Of a stretch of 32,000 nt of DNA, positions 9,262-16,921 are shown piece by piece. The DNA comes from Planctomycetales bacterium (GTDB lineage Bacteria; 4484-113; JAFGCY01). The position numbers and the translations under genes are program-made. The notes under the pieces are model-generated. The model did not search any database. It saw only the letters and a list, made by a program, of their open reading frames with translations, and had not been told where the DNA came from. The number at the start of each line of letters is the position of its first letter. Positions within the stretch are counted from its first letter, which is position 1. Where the stretch lies: positions 1,260,001 through 1,292,000 of the forward strand of contig CP060262.1 of NCBI GenBank assembly GCA_022646745.1, in the 5' to 3' direction.

Positions 9262-9864
9262 TTAATCGCCGCCGCCGATCACGAAGATCACATACAGGAT
9301 CTTGTCGAGGAACAGGCAGATCCAGCCGGCGATGTTCCATGCCGACATCGTGTCGTTGAACTGGTTGATGTCATTGAAGCGCCGGCCCTGCCAGGCCAGC
9401 TCCTTGCCCTTCTGGCCGATGTACAGCGCATAGAGTGTCGAAACGACGGGGATCCAGCAGACGATCAGTCCGACGATGCCCAGTGCCACCTGGCCATTGG
9501 CAAAAGCGAACAGCCCGAAGGGCACGCAGCCTGCGGCCGTGAAGCCCTGGGCATCCGCCGGTACTCCGGCCGCAGCTCCCATCCCACTGCTGTTTTCGCC
9601 ATAACCGCTCATGGTCTGCTGGCGGTAGTACTCCTGGGCCACTGCCGGGTCAAGGTTCTGGGCGCTGATCTGTGGTTCCTCCTGCCTCATCTCCGATGGC
9701 GAAGGGGCCACATAGCCGGGTCGCTTGCCGCTTTCCTCCGTCCAGGAACGGTACTTCGGTCCGCTGGAAGACTCGGCCTGGGCCTGGTTGCCAAGCGGCC
9801 GCATGCAGCTTGAACATGTGCTGCGGCCCGGTCCGTTACTGGCACCACAAGCAGGACACTTCAT
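9262..9864 (-). CDS. zinc-ribbon membrane protein (paralog A)
   Basis: N-terminal CxxC..CxxC ribbon (MKCPACGASNGPGRSTCSSC), a Pro/Gln/Ser-rich linker, and a C-terminal membrane domain GCVPFGLFAFANG..GKELAWQGRRFNDINQFNDTMSAWN.. that is homologous to the adjacent gene. Confidence 0.8.
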   Translation of the reverse strand: MKCPACGASNGPGRSTCSSCMRPLGNQAQAESSSGPKYRSWTEESGKRPGYVAPSPSEMRQEEPQISAQNLDPAVAQEYYRQQTMSGYGENSSGMGAAAGVPADAQGFTAAGCVPFGLFAFANGQVALGIVGLIVCWIPVVSTLYALYIGQKGKELAWQGRRFNDINQFNDTMSAWNIAGWICLFLDKILYVIFVIGGGD

Positions 9865-9897
9865 TTGCTTATCCCCCCGTCGCGGAATTAATACAGG

Positions 9898-10482
9898 CTA
9901 GAAATTACCACCGCTGCCTTCCATGCTGATGGCGAACACGATCAGGGCGACGTACAGGATGGCCCCGATCACTGACATGATGATGCTGAAGATCAGGTAG
10001 ACCTTGCCCCAGTAGTTCCAGGCATTCATGGTTTCGTTGTATTCCTGGCGGCTGTTGAAGCGCCGGTTCTGCCAGGCGAATTCATTGCCCTTGATCAGCA
10101 GGACCAGGTTGGCAAGGCTGCCGACGAAGCAGCTTGCGACCAGCACGATGATGCCCCACATCGCGGCCCCGTTGGCAAAGGCGAAGATCCCGCAGGGCAG
10201 GCAGCCACCCAAGTTCATGTTCTGGGTCTCTGGAGGCAGGGGATGACCGCTGCCCATCCCGCTGGTGTTCGGGATCTGCTCGTAGCTGCCGAAACTGGGC
10301 GGGACAGTGCCGGGTGCTATCGGGGGAGCCTGCGGCGGTGGCGGAATGCTGTGTGGCGGAGGGGCCTGGAAATGCTGTGGATCCGGCTGCGGCGACCCGG
10401 ACTGTTCTGCCAGCAGCTTGCCGCAGCTGATGCAGAACTTCGTCTGGTTGTCATTCTCCGCACCGCAGTGCCCGCAGAACAT
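9898..10482 (-). CDS. zinc-ribbon membrane protein (paralog B)
   Basis: MFCGHCGAENDNQTKFCISCG ribbon, a Pro-rich linker (PPPHSIPPPPQAPPIAPG), and a C-terminal domain GCLPCGIFAFANG..GNEFAWQNRRFNSRQEYNETMNAWN... GGAGGA lies 6 nt upstream of the ATG. Confidence 0.82.
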   Translation of the reverse strand: MFCGHCGAENDNQTKFCISCGKLLAEQSGSPQPDPQHFQAPPPHSIPPPPQAPPIAPGTVPPSFGSYEQIPNTSGMGSGHPLPPETQNMNLGGCLPCGIFAFANGAAMWGIIVLVASCFVGSLANLVLLIKGNEFAWQNRRFNSRQEYNETMNAWNYWGKVYLIFSIIMSVIGAILYVALIVFAISMEGSGGNF

Positions 10483-10537
10483 CCGGATTCCTCCGATCAG
10501 TGATCAGTTCCAGTATAGCAAGCCGGAGCTGCGTGGA

Positions 10538-10912
10538 TCAGTGGTACTCGTTGTGCTCAAGGAAGAAGCCGTTGCCTTCGGGGTCCACGCAGTCCACTAC
10601 GCGAACCCCGGGAGCCGGGTCGCGCACCTCACTGCACACTACGCCGGCTCCGAGCAGCCTCTCGCGCGCGGCGTCGATATCGTCAACGGCAAAACCGAAG
10701 CGCGGTTGCACCTGCTTGGGCATGAGTTCAAGGCCGCCATGCAGCGCCAGCGTGCATGCGCCTGAACTGAAGCTGACCCACATTTCATTTGAGTAATCGT
10801 CCTTGCCGGCCGGCCAGGCGATCTCAAGCCCCAGCCGGTCACGGTAGAACTCCACGGCGGCTGCCATGTCGCTTACATAGACAATGATCTCAGATATGCC
10901 CTTCAATGCCAT
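10538..10912 (-). CDS. VOC (glyoxalase/bleomycin-resistance/dioxygenase) family protein
   Basis: 124 aa. The N-terminus ISEIIVYVSDMAAAVEFYRDRLGLE is typical of a VOC beta-alpha-beta-beta-beta module. AGGAG lies 7 nt upstream. Confidence 0.85.
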   Translation of the reverse strand: MALKGISEIIVYVSDMAAAVEFYRDRLGLEIAWPAGKDDYSNEMWVSFSSGACTLALHGGLELMPKQVQPRFGFAVDDIDAARERLLGAGVVCSEVRDPAPGVRVVDCVDPEGNGFFLEHNEYH

Positions 10913-10967
10913 TTCGCAATCTCCTGGTCCCGTGCCGATGCAGGCATTCTAACTCGTGCAACGCGTA

Positions 10968-12872
10968 TCAGGGATTCAGGTAGTCATCCAGCGGGTAGCT
11001 TGCAAGCCGCCAGACCTGGAACTGCCGCTTGTGGATCGGCAGGCTGGGGTTGCCTGGCGGCATCGTGTCATTCTGGATGCGCGCATTACTGGCTGTGCCA
11101 GCGTTCTTCGTCTCCGTGTAATCTCGCAGGAAGGGGCTGACACTGGTCTGGCTGTCCGGACGATGGCAACTGCTGCAGGAATTGCCGACATAGCTGGCAG
11201 CGAAGTTCTGCCAGGTGGGACCGCCCGTCTTGAGCTGGATCGTTGCGGAAACGGACACATCAATGTCCGCCAGGGGGAAGCTCCAGCTCGCACCGCCATA
11301 TGCAACCTGGCTGTTGAACAGCTTGTAATTTCCCTGGTCGGCAGCCGGGAACTCAAAGTAACCGGTATTGTCAGTGTACGTTGAATAGCTGGCTGGATTG
11401 CCATTCTGTCCCTGCAGGGTCATCAGCAGGCCCGGGATGCCATACTTCTCGCTGGCGTCCCCCGGCACGAACCAGTCCATCTGGCCGGAAACCTTGCGGG
11501 TTGGCGGCGGGGCTGTTGCTGCGAAGTCGATACCGTTCTCATTGGCACTGCCGAGGTTGACCAGGCGCACGACGGGATTGAAGGTCCACTTGCCCAGCGT
11601 GGGCTTGAGGTTGTACTGCGAGGGTGCCAGGTTGGTGAAGCTGTAGTTGCCGTTCACATCAGTGAAGGCCAGCCGGAATCCCGGGGTCAGGGTGACGGCA
11701 ACGCCCGGCACAGGGCTGCCACCATCGTTGATGTTGCCGCTGATGGCGAAGGTCGGCTGCCCGCCGCTGGCTTCGAAATCCACGCCGTCCTCATCGGCGC
11801 CGCTCACGTTGACATTCTGCGAGCTGGGCGTGAAGCTGTAGCCGGCCTGCAGCGGGTCGACGGTATAGGCACCGTCCGCCACGCCCTCGAAGCTGTATTC
11901 GCCATCCGCCCCGGACACCGTTGTCATGATTGAACCGGGATTGAGCGTGAGCGAGATGCCGGGTACGCCGACTCCCTCCGCTGTTGCCACCCGGCCGCTG
12001 ATGTCGATTCGGGTGCCCGTGAAGTCGATGTTCTCCATCGTTCCGCTGACATTAACGTTCTGCGAGGCAGGCATGTAGGCCACATTCATGCTCTGCGGCT
12101 CGAAGCTGTACATCCCCGCTGTCGGCAGTCCGATGAAGTATGTGCCGTCAACATCCGTCACCAGGGTGACGCCATCAGGGTTTGGGTTGACGAAGATGTA
12201 CTGGCTGGCCAGCGGCTCGCCGTGCTCGTCGAGGATGGTGCCGCTCACGCTGTGGTCATACATCACATCGTTGTCAAAGCGCACGGACAGGGACTTGACC
12301 GTTGCCGCGCTGCCCCCGCTGGTCAGGATGGCCACGAAGAACTGTGAGGTGCTGTTCAGGTACAGGCTCGGCGGCATGTCATAGCTGGCCGGGCCACTCG
12401 TCGGGGCCTGCCACTGCCAGCGGCCGGACTGGTAGTCACTGTATGCAATGTAGGCCACACTGCCCGGGTTGCAGGTCAGGTCCACGCTCAGTCGCTCGGG
12501 CTGGTAGCCACCGGTGTTGAAGGCGTACAGCGCCCAGGCGGTTTCCGCCGTGCTGCTGGGCAGTACGATTGCGCTGTTCGGGTACAGGCAGTTCGGGCTG
12601 GAGCTGAAGATGCCGATGCCGTTGTAGCTCACGATGTTCGTGAAGCTCAGGTTGCGGTCCGGTCCTGCCGCCGGGTCCTGCGCAGGCAGGTCTGGCAGGG
12701 TGCTTCCCGGCAGCTGCCGGAGGTCCAGCCCTTCATGAGAGGCCAGCACGGCAGGGGTGGAAAGCATCTCCGCCTGTTGCTCACCACCACAGGCGGCGAG
12801 GCATAGCAGGGAGAGGGCCAGCAGGGCATTGACCATGGCGCGCATGGCAGTCGTGTCCAGCACAGGGCTCAT
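10968..12872 (-). CDS. lipoprotein: shared N-terminal module, four CarboxypepD_reg-like Ig repeats and a C-terminal c-type haem (CXXCH) domain
   Basis: GAGGAG lies 8 nt upstream of the ATG at 12872. Lipobox LCLAAC. Shared module at aa 74-199 (..TAWALYAF..YIAYSDYQSGRWQW..FVAILTSGG..). Four repeats of about 80 aa have the form ISGxV..G.PvpGv.vtL.....t.tD.nG.Y.F..l..g.Y. CSSCH lies at 11163..11177 and is followed by ..NDTMPPGNPSLP..QVW, resembling the PSCyt1-type cytochrome c domain. Confidence 0.85.
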   Translation of the reverse strand: MSPVLDTTAMRAMVNALLALSLLCLAACGGEQQAEMLSTPAVLASHEGLDLRQLPGSTLPDLPAQDPAAGPDRNLSFTNIVSYNGIGIFSSSPNCLYPNSAIVLPSSTAETAWALYAFNTGGYQPERLSVDLTCNPGSVAYIAYSDYQSGRWQWQAPTSGPASYDMPPSLYLNSTSQFFVAILTSGGSAATVKSLSVRFDNDVMYDHSVSGTILDEHGEPLASQYIFVNPNPDGVTLVTDVDGTYFIGLPTAGMYSFEPQSMNVAYMPASQNVNVSGTMENIDFTGTRIDISGRVATAEGVGVPGISLTLNPGSIMTTVSGADGEYSFEGVADGAYTVDPLQAGYSFTPSSQNVNVSGADEDGVDFEASGGQPTFAISGNINDGGSPVPGVAVTLTPGFRLAFTDVNGNYSFTNLAPSQYNLKPTLGKWTFNPVVRLVNLGSANENGIDFAATAPPPTRKVSGQMDWFVPGDASEKYGIPGLLMTLQGQNGNPASYSTYTDNTGYFEFPAADQGNYKLFNSQVAYGGASWSFPLADIDVSVSATIQLKTGGPTWQNFAASYVGNSCSSCHRPDSQTSVSPFLRDYTETKNAGTASNARIQNDTMPPGNPSLPIHKRQFQVWRLASYPLDDYLNP

Positions 12873-13008
12873 CGCAGATTCTCCTCAGGAAAGTGGTCCG
12901 GCAATGATTCCCGTCAGCACGTCCATGCACTGTTCCGGGCAAGAAAGCATACCAAAACCGTAACCGCAATTTATACCCGGATTTAATCCTTGCTATCAGC
13001 CCCTGAAA

Positions 13009-13326
13009 TCAATCCTCGACCAAGCGGGCCAGTTCATCCAGCTTGCCGGTCCAGTATCGCTCGTAGCGCCTGACCCACTGCTGCACGTCCCTTAGCGGGA
13101 TCGGGCGCACCTGCTGCCAGCGCTCGCGGCCCTTCGTGCGCTCCTCCAGCAGGCCGGCTTCACGGAGGATGCGCACATGCCGGCTGACCGCCGGGCGGCT
13201 GATCTCCGGAAAGTGCGCAGCGAGGTCCGTGGCCCTGAGCGGACCATGCTCCAGCAGGCAGTCGAGGATCTCACGGCGGGTTCCATCCGCCAATGCACGG
13301 TAGGTGTTGTCAACCTGGATGCTCAT
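13009..13326 (-). CDS. ArsR/SmtB-family winged-HTH transcriptional regulator
   Basis: YRALADGTRREILDCLLEHGPLRATDLAAHFPEISRPAVSRHVRILREAGLLE is the canonical ArsR HTH. Its ATG overlaps the upstream stop (ATGA). Confidence 0.9.
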   Translation of the reverse strand: MSIQVDNTYRALADGTRREILDCLLEHGPLRATDLAAHFPEISRPAVSRHVRILREAGLLEERTKGRERWQQVRPIPLRDVQQWVRRYERYWTGKLDELARLVED

Positions 13327-13814
13327 GCCTGTGCCCCTGGCTGGTCGTCCAGGCGCTTTAGGTAAGCTGCCTGCACCCAGCAGTGGTGGTAGACGGAGTA
13401 GGCCTGGCTGCGATGCTCCGCCAGTCGTTCAAAGCCGCTGTGCACCAGTCGCACGAGCGTGCCGCCCGACTCAGGCTCCAGGGAGATTGCCACTTCCGTA
13501 TCATCCGGCCACAGCCTGCCATCCTCATGCAGCACCCGCCAGCTCATCCGCACAAGCCGTGCCTCCTCGATCTCCAGCACACGCCCGAAGACGATGATGC
13601 GTTCGGCCTCGCTGGCGCCACTGACGTCCAGCAGCATCCGGCCACCAAGCCTTGGTTGCCAGTTGAGCATGTACATCCAGTCCCGCATGCCCTCCGCCGT
13701 CCCGATCACCTTCCAGATACGCTCCGGCGTGGCACGGATGCTGCGGCTAACGCTGACGGTGTACTGGTCCTGTGATTCGTCAATGTTCCCCGGATAGGGC
13801 TGGCCAGTACTCAT
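13323..13814 (-). CDS. SRPBCC (Aha1/AHSA1-like) domain protein
   Basis: True start is MSTGQPYPG at 13814; the ORF track extends to 14015 through Arg-rich junk. RSIRATPERIWKVIGTAEGMRDWMY..RMSWRV.. is a typical Aha1-like SRPBCC sequence. There are ATGA overlaps with both neighbours. Confidence 0.85.
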   Translation of the reverse strand: MSTGQPYPGNIDESQDQYTVSVSRSIRATPERIWKVIGTAEGMRDWMYMLNWQPRLGGRMLLDVSGASEAERIIVFGRVLEIEEARLVRMSWRVLHEDGRLWPDDTEVAISLEPESGGTLVRLVHSGFERLAEHRSQAYSVYHHCWVQAAYLKRLDDQPGAQA

Positions 13815-14575
13815 TGCGCAGCATTCCCGGCAAGTCCAAGCTCCTCGGCGCTTTTCGCACCATGCTTCCTCAGGATGGCAAGTACAGCCTGGTGCTCTCC
13901 GCGCTGCAGCGACCAGTCCAGCGCGGTCTTCTTCTGGCTGACATAGTTCGGGTCGGCTCCGCGGCCGAGCATCCATTCCACCATCTCGGGATGGTGCCAG
14001 CCCGCCGCCCCGCACAGGGCCCAGTCATAGTCCTGCCCGCCGCCGTACTGCTCAAGCAGCTCCGCCATCGGGATGCTGCCTGATATCGCGGCGTGGAACA
14101 TCATCGGGATCGTATGCGCCCCGGGACGCACCGCCTGTGCGGCATCAGCATCGAAGAAGCTGCGGGCCGCCTCAAGATGACCCATCATCACGCTGCAGTG
14201 CACAGTGTAAGGAGCACCGTTGCCAAGCAGGAACTTCGCGATGTCCGTCCGTCCCATGTGGCTGGCGGCTTCGATCGGTGCCTCATCGAAGTCGAAGTAG
14301 CGTGCATTCACCAGCCGGCTGTCCTGCTTCAGCACCTCGCGCGCCTGGTCCAGCCCGAAGTGGCAGGGCAGCACGAATGAGCGGATCAGCTCCTGGTTGT
14401 CCCTCTCCCATTCCGGGTCAACGGCAAAGCTGCCGCCGAGGTTTGCGCTGCCGCTGGTAGTGAATCCATCCGTTGTCATTTCATTCTCCTGCCCCCCGGC
14501 CCTGCCGGCGGCGAAAGGGATGGCGAGCATTGCCAACCCGAGTTTCGCGATGAAGCCGCGCCGGCTGTCCATCAC
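13811..14575 (-). CDS. Tat-signal ankyrin-repeat protein
   Basis: MMDSRRGFIAKLGLAMLAIPFAAGRAG has a twin-arginine motif (S-R-R-x-F-I-x-K). Ankyrin repeats are visible (ALCGAAGWHHPEMVEWMLGRGADPN, KKTALDWSLQRGEHQAVLAILRKHGA). Confidence 0.85.
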   Translation of the reverse strand: MMDSRRGFIAKLGLAMLAIPFAAGRAGGQENEMTTDGFTTSGSANLGGSFAVDPEWERDNQELIRSFVLPCHFGLDQAREVLKQDSRLVNARYFDFDEAPIEAASHMGRTDIAKFLLGNGAPYTVHCSVMMGHLEAARSFFDADAAQAVRPGAHTIPMMFHAAISGSIPMAELLEQYGGGQDYDWALCGAAGWHHPEMVEWMLGRGADPNYVSQKKTALDWSLQRGEHQAVLAILRKHGAKSAEELGLAGNAAQ

Positions 14576-15024
14576 TCCTGCTCCACGAGCGCGGCCAGCC
14601 CGGCCAGCACGTCACGGCTGGTCCAGCCGGTCACGTAACCTTCAAGCTCTGCTGCGGCATTCGGCAGCTTCTCGAATCCGCTGTGCCTGAGCTGCACATT
14701 GCAGCCGCCCTCGCGCTCCTCCAGCGTGACCGTCACGATGGTCGGATGCGGCCAGGCCACCAGTGTGCCCGTGTCAAACTCCTGCCAGCTGAAGCGGATG
14801 CGCCGGTTCTCGCTCAGTTCCAGCACATTGCCGAACATCAGCCAGCGCGTGCCATCGTGGGTCACGTCGAACAGCACCCGGCCGCCCTCGCGCGCCTCGA
14901 AGTTCTTCGGCCCGAGCCAGCTCTTCATCCCATCCTCGGTGGACAGGATGGACCAGACCCGGCTGGCGGGCGCCATCACCATGCGTTCCAGTTCAACCGT
15001 CATTTCCTGCATGCTGCTTTCCAT
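14572..15024 (-). CDS. SRPBCC (Aha1-like) domain protein
   Basis: The ATG at 15024 lies 5 nt after GGGAGA; the ORF track uses a TTG at 15039. APASRVWSILSTEDGMKSWLG..RIRFSWQEF.. is paralogous to 13323..13814. Confidence 0.85.
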   Translation of the reverse strand: MESSMQEMTVELERMVMAPASRVWSILSTEDGMKSWLGPKNFEAREGGRVLFDVTHDGTRWLMFGNVLELSENRRIRFSWQEFDTGTLVAWPHPTIVTVTLEEREGGCNVQLRHSGFEKLPNAAAELEGYVTGWTSRDVLAGLAALVEQE

Positions 15025-15043
15025 TTCCGTCTCCCGCAAATGT

Positions 15044-15065
15044 TATGTAACCATTATGTTACATA
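15044..15065. promoter_or_regulatory. candidate ArsR-type operator: perfect 8-bp inverted repeat TATGTAAC-N6-GTTACATA overlapping a -10-like CATAAT
   Basis: Read directly: TATGTAAC (15044-15051), cattat, GTTACATA (15058-15065). On the minus strand the spacer reads CATAAT. It sits 20-40 nt upstream of the first gene of the operon that ends in arsR. Confidence 0.5.
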
Positions 15066-15325
15066 TATTTTGCTGGAATGCAAGGGCCTGGGCACAATCT
15101 AGTCGGGTTATGTCATGAACCTACCTGCTGAGTGGAGGGGGAAGGCTACATCAGTTGCGCTTTCGCACTAGGCATCGCAATTGACACGACCTGAACATAG
15201 TGCTTTGATCAATGGTCTCGCTATTGACGGGTCCATCCAGAATGCGCTTGGGTCTTGAAAATCTGTTATATAGTTCGATGTAGAGTATTAACAGCAGGTG
15301 GGGAACCTGTGATGGGAGCTATGAA

Positions 15326-16921
15326 ATGGGAAGTTTAAACGCCAGATATGCATTGACTCTCCTGGTGCTGTTGGCAAGTGCAATGTTGGTCATTCCCGTA
15401 TATGCACAGGCAGCGCCAGAGGTACATCCAGCGACCGAACTGCGTCCGCTGGACGACCCGGCCAACCCATACCTCGGGCAGTATCAGGAATGGGATATCT
15501 GGACTTACGAGCATTTCCGTCCGGGAATGGATGGCAAGGCCATCATGGCAGAGCTGAGTGGTCCGGCCCCTGAACTGCCGAAGGTGCAGCTGGCGGGATT
15601 CATGCAGCTGGGCACTGACGAGGAAGGCCAGTTGCATTTGTGGACCTACCAGAAGGTTGATGCGGAAGGCTTCCTTGTGCCAGCCGGTCCTGCCGGGCCG
15701 AAGCTGCCAGGGCTAACCACCTACGCTTTCGCCAGCGGTCCGATTGAACAGGCAGTCTATGACGACTGGACTATGCAGGTCAATGCCGGCGTTGCCAGCA
15801 GGTACCCGCCGATTCCGGCCTTCATCGGGGAGCATGTGCCGCTTTGCCTGGTGTTCGTTCCAAATGGAGAGTTTGCGGTAAAGGGACCACTCGGGCTTGG
15901 CAACACGGAAAAGTATGACATGCAGGAAAACAGCAGTATGGCTGCACGGGAACGGTGGTACCGCTACAGCGTTGACGGCGAACTGCTCGGTATGACCGGC
16001 GTGGTCGGCCGCGGGTTTTATGACAACAGCTGGATACTTCTGTACTGGCCTGAGCTCCAGTCGAAGATTATGGAGATGGACCAAGAGGGGCTATCAGCCA
16101 GTTTCCGCCATGGGACGGTGAGTTTTTCCCCTTCCAATGCACGTCATTACAGCAATGAAGCTGATGCGCTGTGGGACAGGGAGAAGGTCTTCACGCGGAA
16201 TGCTGAAGCAGAAGTTGTCGAATGCTACGACTACTATGGCCAGCCAATTTCCGTTGAGGAAGCCTGGTCAGACTTCGATGATATGCCCCGCGTCGGCCAG
16301 CAGATTGATGCACCGATCATCAAGCTGTACTACGATGCGCAGCTTTCCGTAGGCTATACCCGGAGTGAAGCCAGCCCCTTCAGCGGCCTGTCAAATGGGC
16401 CCGTACTTGCCGGCGACGGATATGAGCCTCCGGTTGCAGCATACCCGCGCAAGGGGGGAAGTTATGAGTTCATTGAGAAACCGGTTGTCAGGGCACTGGA
16501 TGCACCAGGCAATCCATATGCAGGAATGTACAGTGAATGGGACAGGCTCTGCTTCGAGAATAACGGGCAGTATGTGAAGAAGCAGACGGAGATCCTGAAC
16601 AGCAACTGGCAGGCTCGCCAGAAGCTGGCGGATGATGCCAAGGCGGCAGGTAAGTCGCTCGAGCAGTTCAAGGAGGAGCATCCTGAGCTGGCCCAGGGTT
16701 TCCCGGATGAGAACTTTGAGGAGTTGGGCATTGTCACCTTGTTTGGCCACGTCGATGACAACGGTTATCTGATCCCGATGGCGAAGACGCGCATGTGGCC
16801 GGGTTCCCGCTCCGTCATTGACTACGCTACGGACTGGGTGATCTCTGCCACCCTGCAGTTCGATGAGGAAACGCTGAAGCGCTTTGAGGACTGGAAGGCC
16901 AGTCAGGAAGGTACCAACTAG
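15326..16921 (+). CDS. secreted hypothetical protein with an internal duplication
   Basis: Signal peptide MGSLNARYALTLLVLLASAMLVIPVYAQA. GGGAG lies 7 nt upstream. The N- and C-terminal halves share RPLDDPANPYLGQYQEWDIWTYE and RALDAPGNPYAGMYSEWDRLCFE. GC looks lower than in the neighbours. Confidence 0.75.
   Translation: MGSLNARYALTLLVLLASAMLVIPVYAQAAPEVHPATELRPLDDPANPYLGQYQEWDIWTYEHFRPGMDGKAIMAELSGPAPELPKVQLAGFMQLGTDEEGQLHLWTYQKVDAEGFLVPAGPAGPKLPGLTTYAFASGPIEQAVYDDWTMQVNAGVASRYPPIPAFIGEHVPLCLVFVPNGEFAVKGPLGLGNTEKYDMQENSSMAARERWYRYSVDGELLGMTGVVGRGFYDNSWILLYWPELQSKIMEMDQEGLSASFRHGTVSFSPSNARHYSNEADALWDREKVFTRNAEAEVVECYDYYGQPISVEEAWSDFDDMPRVGQQIDAPIIKLYYDAQLSVGYTRSEASPFSGLSNGPVLAGDGYEPPVAAYPRKGGSYEFIEKPVVRALDAPGNPYAGMYSEWDRLCFENNGQYVKKQTEILNSNWQARQKLADDAKAAGKSLEQFKEEHPELAQGFPDENFEELGIVTLFGHVDDNGYLIPMAKTRMWPGSRSVIDYATDWVISATLQFDEETLKRFEDWKASQEGTN

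Noticed and set aside
13815-14015. The N-terminal extension of the SRPBCC ORF (track 13323..14015).
   Set aside because: It overlaps the ankyrin gene in another frame. The ATGA-coupled ATG at 13814 gives a normal-length SRPBCC protein.
16918-16921. Convergent genes sharing a CTAG so that both stop codons overlap.
   Set aside because: It is real but a trivial consequence of compact convergent genes. It is noted only in passing.
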